Below the pieces are notes generated by a model that saw nothing but the letters and a program-made list of their open reading frames with translations, was not told where the DNA came from and did not search any database. Positions 1 to 7,543 of a stretch of DNA of 64,000 bases are shown one piece after another. The stretch covers positions 16,522 to 80,521 of the forward strand of contig JAHFMV010000003.1 in assembly GCA_023267655.1 (NCBI GenBank), written 5' to 3'. A program made the position numbers and the translations under genes. The stretch comes from Candidatus Kaiserbacteria bacterium. GTDB taxonomy: Bacteria > Patescibacteriota > Minisyncoccia > Phycocordibacterales > UBA2100. Numbering within the stretch: the stretch's first letter is position 1; every line of letters starts with the position of its first letter.

Positions 1-572
1 GTTTTGCGGATGAAAATCGCCATCTCGTGCATCTGCCGTGGCTCCATGGCTTTTGTCGCACCAATAGCCCACACCGGCTCATACGCGATGATGATTTTTG
101 AAAGTCTTTTCCCCGCATCTTCGGAAAGCCCCACGCGTAGTTGCTCGCGCGCCAATTCGAAATGTTCGGCGCCATGCCCACGTTCCTTTTCACCAATGCA
201 CATGATCGGCGTAAGGCCGCCGACGAGCGCCGCATCGACTTTTTTGCGCACATCGTAGTTCGTCTCCCCCATTGCGCGCCGCTCGGCATGCCCGATGATT
301 GCATACGCTGCTTTTGCGTCCTTTACTTGCGCAACCGAAATCTCACCGGTATACGATCCTTGCGCTTCAAAATGCACATTCTGTGCGCCAAAAGAAATCC
401 GCCCCGCTCGCTGCCCTATTGCAAGCGAGCGCAAAAAAACCGCAGGAGGACACACCACAACGGAAACTCCTTTCAATAGCCCGGTTAATCGTTTCGTCTC
501 ATCAAACAATTTCTTCGCTTCTTTATAGGTCTTCGGATTCATCTTCCAGTTCGCGACGATCAGGGATTTCAT
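1..572 (-). CDS. tpiA: triosephosphate isomerase, partial (C-terminus lies beyond window start)
   Basis: Minus-strand translation from ATG at 570-572 reads MKSLIVANWKMNPKTYKEAKKLF...IIAYEPVWAIGATKA. The ANWKMN and AYEPVWAIG motifs are the hallmark TIM motifs. Not in the ORF track because the frame runs off the window edge. Confidence 0.8.
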   Translation of the reverse strand, partial: MKSLIVANWKMNPKTYKEAKKLFDETKRLTGLLKGVSVVVCPPAVFLRSLAIGQRAGRISFGAQNVHFEAQGSYTGEISVAQVKDAKAAYAIIGHAERRAMGETNYDVRKKVDAALVGGLTPIMCIGEKERGHGAEHFELAREQLRVGLSEDAGKRLSKIIIAYEPVWAIGATKAMEPRQMHEMAIFIRK

Positions 573-638
573 AGCGCGATTGTAGCATGAGCGCCCGGCT
601 GCGAAGCAGACGGGCGCATCGGTCTTTTGGCTCGAGGC

Positions 639-893
639 TCAATCGCGTCGCATCGCTGGGGCAAATACAAGCCCGATCAGGACAGCGATCACATACTCGA
701 CCACAAGAACTACGACGAAGATCCACCACGCAAGTTGTTTTTCCCCGAGCGCCCATACAATGAGCACCATCAAGATATAGAAGAACCCCACATAAAACCC
801 CCAGTAGGGATGCAGACATGCGACCAGCGGGATCATGAGGTACCGCTTAATTTCGTTCAGCCAATACTTGCTCGTCCGTCGCGCGTCTTCCAT
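639..893 (-). CDS. hypothetical small membrane protein (84 aa, two hydrophobic segments)
   Basis: ORF with strongly hydrophobic composition upstream of tpiA on the same strand; no recognisable family. Confidence 0.3.
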   Translation of the reverse strand: MEDARRTSKYWLNEIKRYLMIPLVACLHPYWGFYVGFFYILMVLIVWALGEKQLAWWIFVVVLVVEYVIAVLIGLVFAPAMRRD

Positions 894-966
894 GGCTAGT
901 CGTCCTTCCTCAAGTTAAACCTATCCTGCAGCCTAGCGCATTTATTGCTCCCTCCACAATACCAAC

Positions 967-1002
967 TAAAAAATGGCAAGGCGACGCCTTGCCATTTTTT
1001 TC
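967..1002. terminator. bidirectional intrinsic terminator
   Basis: A6 run, stem atggcaagg / ccttgccat with 5-nt loop, then T7 run; sits downstream of the minus-strand pilin operon. Confidence 0.6.
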
Positions 1003-1035
1003 CATCTCACTCAAACCCAAACAGCGGGGCGCGAT

Positions 1036-1154
1036 AGATGTCTTTGCTTCGAGAGAACATCGCGCAGCAGATACTAAAGCGTGATGTCATACAGCAGTAG
1101 ATGTGACGTTAAAGCGTCCGCTCAGTTCGTGTTCGGTCCGAAGCAAAGACATCT
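1036..1154. repeat. copy 1 of a ~110-nt conserved 3'-proximal element (core GAGAACATCGCGCAGCAGATA...GTGATGT.ATACAG.AGTAGATGTGACGT...CAGTTCGTGTTCGG) closed by a 16-bp perfect inverted repeat (agatgtctttgcttcg / cgaagcaaagacatct)
   Basis: Near-identical core also at 5741-5863 and, reverse-complemented, at 12815-12925. Lies between the stop of the 1174-2694 gene and the terminator. Confidence 0.7.
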
Positions 1155-1173
1155 GTCGCGCCAACGTCAACCT

Positions 1174-2694
1174 CTACTGCTCGCGCCACAGCACCAGCTT
1201 GTAATCCACCGAAGCCGAAGGCGTAAACGCCGGCGGCGAAAATGCGAGGAGGCGATCGTACGTATCAATGCGTTGCGCAAAGCCCGAGCAGTACGTGCCG
1301 CTGCACGTCCACTGCGTCCCAATGCGGCCGTTCGAAACCACGGTGCCGATCGTCGTCAGCTGCGTCTGTTTTACATACGACGTATACGCGCTCGGCACCG
1401 CGTTATTGCCTGTTTCTGCGTAATAATTCCTCCCGAAATATCCCGACTGCGCGACAAAAATCCCGCGCACGGTCATCATATCCGGCGATACCAGAGGAAT
1501 CGTTACCGATCGCTCGGCGATTGCGGTGAGGCCGCTGGAGCCCGTACCGGAAGAATATGTGATGTTATTTTGCAAAATAATATCCGGCGTATACGCGCCG
1601 GTATCGGCCGCAACCACCGTCACTTTGTTCCCCACGATGCCTTCGAGCCACGTCTTCGCTTGTACATAAATGATAGGACAGCCCGAGGGAATCGTGTAGT
1701 GACCTTGGTACGTCTCACTGGTGATGATGTCGTAGTCCGTCGCCCACGAGCCCGGATTATCGGTATGCACACTGTAGACGCCTTGCGTACCCGTCACGCG
1801 ATATACATCTATTGTATTGTCGGCATTTAATTTTACGTGGTAGCCGCGCTGGTCGGAGGCTCCAACAGAACTAAACGTCCCGCCCTGCTGCGAACCGCCA
1901 ACTTTCACGCGATCGATATCCAGAAGGATGCCTGTGGAGTTCGCGTAACCCCGCAGCGTGGCAAAGTTGGTCGCGATGCCCGCAAAATTAAATGACGCAA
2001 CGTTCGGTGCCCATGACCAGAGTGCAGAACCTGACCCCGAACCCCACACGCCGTTTTTGCTCTGCGTCGGCGAGCAGCCGAACGATGAATCGCACGACCA
2101 TGTCGCAACCGCGCTCTGCACGGTGGAATTGGTTGTGCCATCCATGCGAATGCCGCCGTTTGAAAAATACGGACCCGATATGACACGATCGGCACCCGCC
2201 CACACATTCGCATTGAGAAGCGCGGAATATTCTCCGACCGACGGTCGCATGTAGCGTGCGTTTAAGGTGCGCGTGAAGACAACTGACTGATCGGATTTCC
2301 CGACCGACGTGAGATCAACCCATTGCACCACTCCGCACTGCAAATTCGCTGTCGCGGTGATCGTCGATTCGCCGAGGCGGCTCGCTTCCGGATCATTGAC
2401 GATGTACGTATAGGGCGACGTGAGGCCGACGCCCGCGTTCATAATCGAAGGATTGTGCGCGAGGAACCACCGATAGTATTCAAGTCCCGCTTCGGAAATG
2501 TTAAATGCCTGCTCGCGCGCATTGAGCGCGCGGCCGTACTTCCCCTGTGTAAGCACATAACTCATGATCGTGGCGAGAAGAAAGAGAAAGATGCCCATGA
2601 ATGCAAGGACGAGCATGACGGTCACGCCGCGGGAGTAGCGTCGAGCGTCAAGCGTCGAGCTGCGAGACTTTTCTGCTTGCGTTGTGTATATCAT
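1174..2694 (-). CDS. PilX-like type IV pilus minor pilin / large pseudopilin (506 aa)
   Basis: N-terminal hydrophobic helix VMLVLAFMGIFLFLLATIMSYVL typical of the PilX N-domain; large Gly/Ser/Thr-rich extracellular region; clusters with pilB/pilC. Confidence 0.55.
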   Translation of the reverse strand: MIYTTQAEKSRSSTLDARRYSRGVTVMLVLAFMGIFLFLLATIMSYVLTQGKYGRALNAREQAFNISEAGLEYYRWFLAHNPSIMNAGVGLTSPYTYIVNDPEASRLGESTITATANLQCGVVQWVDLTSVGKSDQSVVFTRTLNARYMRPSVGEYSALLNANVWAGADRVISGPYFSNGGIRMDGTTNSTVQSAVATWSCDSSFGCSPTQSKNGVWGSGSGSALWSWAPNVASFNFAGIATNFATLRGYANSTGILLDIDRVKVGGSQQGGTFSSVGASDQRGYHVKLNADNTIDVYRVTGTQGVYSVHTDNPGSWATDYDIITSETYQGHYTIPSGCPIIYVQAKTWLEGIVGNKVTVVAADTGAYTPDIILQNNITYSSGTGSSGLTAIAERSVTIPLVSPDMMTVRGIFVAQSGYFGRNYYAETGNNAVPSAYTSYVKQTQLTTIGTVVSNGRIGTQWTCSGTYCSGFAQRIDTYDRLLAFSPPAFTPSASVDYKLVLWREQ

Positions 2695-2731
2695 ATGGAT
2701 TTCCTTGAAGCTTGACGCTCGTAGCTCGAAG

Positions 2732-3382
2732 CTACTTTAGATTCCTCAGCGCGGCTGTTGAGCGCAGGGTGAATTGGTTCGGCAACCGATTCGGATTGAT
2801 GTTAACGACGATCGTCGCTTGGACGAACCGCACTTCCGCGATTTTCGAGAGATCATTCATGAGCGTGCCATTCTGATCATAATACTGGAACATCAAGACA
2901 TTCTGTTCCGTGTTGCGCACATTGTCAGAAACGGTTGAGATCGTCTCCGGATTGGTATAAACCGGCGGATCGCTTGACGGATCAATGACACCGCGCATCA
3001 GAGAATTTCCTTGGAGAAAGAACCGCACTTGCTCGAGAAACGCATCGTCGTCAATGTCCGCATAAAATGAAAAGCTCGAGGTCGCCATCGAAATGATCGG
3101 CCACGCGCCATTCGAGGAATACGCGGCCTCGCGAATGGTCTTGATCATGCTCTCCATGCCGTGTTGCCCCGACGTGATCGCCGCGCCTTGCTCGACGGTG
3201 TACGTATTGGTGCGATAAAACGCTTGTACGGTTTGCGTGATCGCGAGCATGATCATCGTCGTGATCGCGACCCACACCATCGTTTCGAGCAAACTGATGC
3301 CACGGGAAGCGCGGCAGCCACTAGCGACTAGCCAATAGCCACTAGGGGAATGCTTGGATGCTTTTTTGATTTTGGATTTCAT
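2732..3382 (-). CDS. type IV pilin-like protein with prepilin-type leader (RG|ISLLETMVWVAITTMIMLAI)
   Basis: Class III signal-peptide motif G-ISLLE followed by a hydrophobic helix. The unusually long 28-aa leader is partly encoded by the TAGCCACTAG repeat. Confidence 0.6.
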   Translation of the reverse strand: MKSKIKKASKHSPSGYWLVASGCRASRGISLLETMVWVAITTMIMLAITQTVQAFYRTNTYTVEQGAAITSGQHGMESMIKTIREAAYSSNGAWPIISMATSSFSFYADIDDDAFLEQVRFFLQGNSLMRGVIDPSSDPPVYTNPETISTVSDNVRNTEQNVLMFQYYDQNGTLMNDLSKIAEVRFVQATIVVNINPNRLPNQFTLRSTAALRNLK

Positions 3383-3407
3383 ACTAGTGGCTAGTCGCTA
3401 GTGGCTA
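3317..3407. repeat. inverted pair of family-A repeats (agccactagcgactagccaatagccactagg 3317-3346; ctagtggctagtcgctagtggcta 3384-3407) bracketing the pilin start codon at 3380-3382
   Basis: Read directly from the sequence; same motif family recurs at 11480, 22043, 33670/33774, 40515/40553, 55017/55085. Confidence 0.7.
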
Positions 3408-3411
3408 ATTC

Positions 3412-5175
3412 CTAATTTAGTATCACCGAAAGCCGCGAGGTCCCCGAGACATTCACGGTGGTTGATGTATACGTCGTATAGCCGGCCGCAGAGACACTAA
3501 TAGAGTACGCATTACCGCTTCCCGACGTGCCCGATGCCATGTTCGTAAAGAATGATTGTCCGCAGCTATCAGCGAGAATGGTGGTATTTGATGCAGGCGC
3601 TATGGCGCGATACACGTGCACGCTTGCGTTTGGAATCGCAGCACCCGCCGCATTTTTCACATCGACCAGAAGCGAATTAGTCGTATGCGGCGAGACATAC
3701 AAAAGCGTCGTCACGCTCGCGCTGGGCGCGACGACAACCGGCTGCGTGCTACACGACGACGAAATGTCGTACCCCGTTGCGGAAGCAACGCTTAACGTAT
3801 ACGAGTCGTATTCAACATTCGAAATTGTCACCGACCCTGGCGCGCCTGTTGATTGCGCCTGATTATATTTATAGACAGGACCACTTGGCCCGCTGCCGAT
3901 CGTCTTTGCGCCTTGCATCGTAAAGGCAAGATTTGAAAGTGAAAGCGGCCCCGAGTCATTGGAGATTGCCCATGAATCGATCGATGGCGTGTTTGATGCG
4001 TTCGATGTGGTGAGCGTTGCATGTACGGCAAGCGCGAGATACGTCGAGGTCGAGACATTACTCAAATCAATCGACGCAGCTGAAAGCCCCGCCGCGTTCC
4101 CCGGGATCTGCGCATCGGGAATGAGTGATGTGCCGGAAGAATCATAAAAACGGAACAGGATATTCGTGGAGGCAGGTTGTGCGCCAACCCATGTAAAAGT
4201 CCGCCACGATTGCATCGTCGTCGTCGAGAGCGGGATTGATATCAACATGCCTGCGCTCGGATAGCCGCTCCCACCGCCGCTCGTCAGCTGCGCGACGCCG
4301 GATGCGACGGTGATATTCGTACTCGACGCGATGACGTTTGCATTTGAGAACGGTTCCGTTGACGTGGCACGCGCGATCGGCGTAAATGATTGCACGTTCA
4401 ATGATCCGAGCGTATCGATCGCAAATGTCGATGCGGTTGTTTGATTCAGAGCGACCCCCAGATGCGCTGGTGTCGGATTCGTGTTCGTCGACGATGCGCT
4501 GTAGGTCTGCGCGCTCGAATAACCAGATTTACTGACGGTGATCTGATACCCCGCTCCTGCAGGCGCCCCCACAATGCTCGCATTCCCCGCCGTGTCCGTA
4601 TAAGTCGTAAGATCGACCGCGGGCGAGACGCCCGCATTCACGATGCGCACTTGTGCGTCTTGCACGGCTTGTCCTGTCGCGTCCGCTGCCTGTATTGAAA
4701 TCGTGCCGCCGGGGACTGATGTCTCGACACCGGTCGGCGGCGTCAGGCGCGTGACCATCGTGATCGTGCGCGTACCCTGCCGTGTTGTCCACGAGACAGA
4801 AACCTTTGCCGCCTTAAAATCTTCCGGTATGTGGTTGGTATCCGCCGCGCCCGTGCCGTCGCCTGCGTCATCTTCGTAATCGATAAAGGTGCGTCGTGTG
4901 TAATTCACATCATTCAGTGCCACACTCTCGCTCTGTGGAATAGTTCCGGAGGGAATACCACTCACGGTTCCGACGGAATTATAGGAAAGCGAGCGAATGT
5001 ATTCGAGCCTTTCATTCGCGAGAGCGATCGCGCCCGCACGCGCTTTGTTATTCGACACCACGTCAACCGCAAGCCGAAACGCGCCGACGATGCCGACGAA
5101 CACAACAATCATGAGCGCCGAACCAACAACGACATCCAAAAGCGTCGAGCCCCGTTCCCCTTCGCGGCCATGCAT
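3412..5175 (-). CDS. large pseudopilin / minor pilin-like protein (587 aa) with prepilin-type N-terminus (G|STLLDVVVGSALMIVVFVGIV)
   Basis: N-terminal class III leader-like motif plus hydrophobic helix; Thr/Ser-rich extracellular domain; pilus locus context. Confidence 0.55.
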   Translation of the reverse strand: MHGREGERGSTLLDVVVGSALMIVVFVGIVGAFRLAVDVVSNNKARAGAIALANERLEYIRSLSYNSVGTVSGIPSGTIPQSESVALNDVNYTRRTFIDYEDDAGDGTGAADTNHIPEDFKAAKVSVSWTTRQGTRTITMVTRLTPPTGVETSVPGGTISIQAADATGQAVQDAQVRIVNAGVSPAVDLTTYTDTAGNASIVGAPAGAGYQITVSKSGYSSAQTYSASSTNTNPTPAHLGVALNQTTASTFAIDTLGSLNVQSFTPIARATSTEPFSNANVIASSTNITVASGVAQLTSGGGSGYPSAGMLISIPLSTTTMQSWRTFTWVGAQPASTNILFRFYDSSGTSLIPDAQIPGNAAGLSAASIDLSNVSTSTYLALAVHATLTTSNASNTPSIDSWAISNDSGPLSLSNLAFTMQGAKTIGSGPSGPVYKYNQAQSTGAPGSVTISNVEYDSYTLSVASATGYDISSSCSTQPVVVAPSASVTTLLYVSPHTTNSLLVDVKNAAGAAIPNASVHVYRAIAPASNTTILADSCGQSFFTNMASGTSGSGNAYSISVSAAGYTTYTSTTVNVSGTSRLSVILN

Positions 5176-5272
5176 CTATCTATTGTAGCGTGCAATTCCC
5201 CTGCGCCGCAGCGTATTCAACAAAAATTCAGCCCCGCGTTGCCGCGGGGCTGACAACACTTCTGCTCGAGAG

Positions 5273-5650
5273 CTAAGTGCGGGCAACACTGTTAAAGAGA
5301 TTGGTCACGTCTTTGACGTTACGACCGACCTCATCGTTCCACGTATAGAAGAACCGCATCGACACCTTCTCCCCACACCGCAGAACAGCTTCTATCGCCA
5401 TTGATTCCGCCTTGCCGTCATCGCTCTTTGGGAAGCATTGCCCGGCGGCAAAATAGAGCATGCCCACCGCACAAAGACACCATGGAATCTCGCCCCTCTG
5501 CCCCATTGTAAGGAGCACCTCAGGGCTGAAAATCTCATGCCCCCGTTGCGTTTTGCCGTATACGCCTTGACTCCACCAATCAGGGCGATCCTCGTAGAGC
5601 GCCCTCGCTTTGTCCAGCACTTTCCGCAAATCTTTCGAACTCCCTGCCAT
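5273..5650 (-). CDS. hypothetical protein (start chosen at MAGSSKDL with GGAGG RBS 5 nt upstream)
   Basis: ORF 5273-5713 trimmed to the internal ATG at 5648-5650 preceded by ggagg; no family recognised. Confidence 0.4.
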   Translation of the reverse strand: MAGSSKDLRKVLDKARALYEDRPDWWSQGVYGKTQRGHEIFSPEVLLTMGQRGEIPWCLCAVGMLYFAAGQCFPKSDDGKAESMAIEAVLRCGEKVSMRFFYTWNDEVGRNVKDVTNLFNSVART

Positions 5651-5740
5651 GACTGTCCTCCATCGATTGCCTATTTCCAATGTCCACACTAACCCTACCC
5701 GAACGGTGCACAAAACTCAACACAACCACTAAGGAGCGAT

Positions 5741-5863
5741 GGCGTGAAAAATGCTTCGAGAGAACATCGCGCAGCAGATAGTAATACGTGATGTAATACA
5801 GTAGTAGATGTGACGTAAAAGCCACTGATCAGTTCGTGTTCGGGTTGAAGCATTTTTCACGCC
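5741..5863. repeat. copy 2 of the ~110-nt conserved element, closed by 17-bp perfect inverted repeat ggcgtgaaaaatgcttc / gaagcatttttcacgcc
   Basis: Core near-identical to 1052-1135; lies directly 3' of the pilC stop (5877). Confidence 0.7.
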
Positions 5864-5876
5864 ACCGCGACACGCT

Positions 5877-7133
5877 CTAGATATTGTCCGAGAGTTGGTA
5901 GATCGGGCTGATCATCGCGACTGCAAAGAAGCCGACGGCTGCACCGATCGCAAGCATAAGGAATGGCTCAATGATCGTCGACATGTCTTTCGTCTTCCGA
6001 TCCACTTCGTCTTCGTAAAAGACTGCAAGCTTTTTCATCATCTCGGTCAACTGCCCTGTCTCTTCGCCGACCGCAATCATCTCGCCCACAAATGCCGGGT
6101 ATAAATGCTCCGCGCGCACAAAAGCGCTCGAGAGCGGCTCACCTTTTGAAATATTTTCCTTCGCCTGCCCGATGACTTTCTTGAAATAATGATTCTGCAC
6201 AACGTCTTGCACGATCTCGAGCGAGGTCACCACATCCACGCCGCTCGAGAGAAGCGACGCGAGTGTCCGCGCCGTGCGCGCCGCATTCACCTCTTTCACG
6301 ATCGGCCCAATGATCGGAATGTGCAAAAAGACGAAATCCTTTGCGCGCCCGCCCGCTTCAGTGCGAAGCGCGGTATAGATGCCCCCGACGCCGATTATGA
6401 GAATTGAGAACGCAAGAATCGTGTACTCGACGAGGAAATTCGATACCGCGATGATTGCGCGGGTCGAAGCCGGCAGTTGCGCCCCCATTTCCTTAAACGT
6501 CGAGGCAAGCGTCGGAACAACATTGATCATCATAAAGGTACCGATGCCGAGAATCGCACAGACGATGATGATCGGATAGAGCATCGCACCACGAATTTTC
6601 TTCTTCAAGACATACATCCGCTCCATCTGGTCGGAGGTGACGACGAGTGCTTGCGGCATCTCACCGCCTTCCTCGCCCGCGCGCACCATCGCGACAAACA
6701 GTTTGGAGAAAACATGCGGGAATTTTGCCGCAGCAGAATGCAGTGTCTCACCGCGGCGCACCGCGCCCGATAATTCCGCAACCACGCTGCCGAGCCGCGG
6801 GTTTTTCGTCTGGCGCTCTATGACCGCAAGTGCTCGCGCAAGCGAAAGTCCCGCAGAGAGCATCGCGCCCAAGTTGCGCGAGAAGAGAATCTTCTCGTAT
6901 TCCGGCACCGTCGTTATTTTTGAATTCCAATACTGGAGGCTGAAGACGCCGTGCCTCTTTTCTTCGTCAACCGCGAGGATGCGGCCGCCTTCATGCCGCA
7001 CTATTTCGTACAACTCAAACCGATCGCGCGCCTGCGCGGTCCCTTTATATACTTCCCCGTCGCTTTTTTCCGCCGTGTATGAAAATCTCGCCACAGAATC
7101 AGTATACCGTATTCCGTATACAGTATTCCGCAA
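5877..7133 (-). CDS. pilC: type IV pilus assembly platform protein PilC (GspF family)
   Basis: Two GspF-type repeats and three TM segments; N-terminus ARFSYTAEKSDGEVYKGTAQARD typical of PilC. The first ~11 codons (TTG start at 7133) overlap an inverted-repeat arm, so the true start may be the GTG near 7094. Confidence 0.8.
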   Translation of the reverse strand: MRNTVYGIRYTDSVARFSYTAEKSDGEVYKGTAQARDRFELYEIVRHEGGRILAVDEEKRHGVFSLQYWNSKITTVPEYEKILFSRNLGAMLSAGLSLARALAVIERQTKNPRLGSVVAELSGAVRRGETLHSAAAKFPHVFSKLFVAMVRAGEEGGEMPQALVVTSDQMERMYVLKKKIRGAMLYPIIIVCAILGIGTFMMINVVPTLASTFKEMGAQLPASTRAIIAVSNFLVEYTILAFSILIIGVGGIYTALRTEAGGRAKDFVFLHIPIIGPIVKEVNAARTARTLASLLSSGVDVVTSLEIVQDVVQNHYFKKVIGQAKENISKGEPLSSAFVRAEHLYPAFVGEMIAVGEETGQLTEMMKKLAVFYEDEVDRKTKDMSTIIEPFLMLAIGAAVGFFAVAMISPIYQLSDNI

Positions 7134-7543
7134 AATGCACTATGTACGAATTCGATTTGGCGCCGTGCGGATTAATCCCGTCAACATTTGCGACACGGTT
7201 TCGGCTTTCTTTTCAAGTGCAGTAAAAGAATCGCGGGAAATATATTCCAAATCGCGTGCGATGAGTAACTGGCTCCTCAACTCTGAAAGTGAAGCGAGCG
7301 AAGTCGTATAAAAATTGATCTTGTCATTTTTCGTCTGCCGCACGAATCCCTCTGCAATATTTGAAGTAACAGAAACTGCGGCGCGGCGGATCTGACTGGT
7401 TAATCCGAAAAGTTCATCTTTTGGAAAAGTCTTGCTGGCTGTATATATCTCAAGAACAAGCGAGTGACCTTCTTGCCAAACACGTAAGTCCGTAAAACGC
7501 TGGATCATGGTGCGGTATACGGAATACTGTATACGGTATACGC
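7100..7543 (-). other. cassette: four-helix-bundle gene bracketed by ~31-bp inverted repeats (cagtataccgtattccgtatacagtattccg 7100-7130; gcggtatacggaatactgtatacggtatacgc 7512-7543) in the pilC-pilB intergenic position
   Basis: Arms are reverse complements over about 20 of 22 core positions. The right arm abuts the pilB stop (7544); the left arm overlaps the annotated pilC start. Confidence 0.65.
7140..7508 (-). CDS. four-helix-bundle protein of the 23S rRNA intervening-sequence protein family
   Basis: MIQRFTDLRVWQEGHSLVLEIY...AVSVTSNIAEGF matches the family's conserved N-terminal pattern (compare paralog at 54115). ORF-track start (GTG 7547) is encoded by the repeat arm, so ATG at 7506-7508 is preferred. 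Confidence 0.7.
   Translation of the reverse strand: MIQRFTDLRVWQEGHSLVLEIYTASKTFPKDELFGLTSQIRRAAVSVTSNIAEGFVRQTKNDKINFYTTSLASLSELRSQLLIARDLEYISRDSFTALEKKAETVSQMLTGLIRTAPNRIRT

Noticed and set aside
1081-1830. 249-aa Arg-rich ORF on the plus strand
   Set aside because: Entirely antisense to the PilX-like gene. Its N-terminus is the repeat element read in frame and its composition is Arg/His-rich, typical of antisense GC-rich frames.
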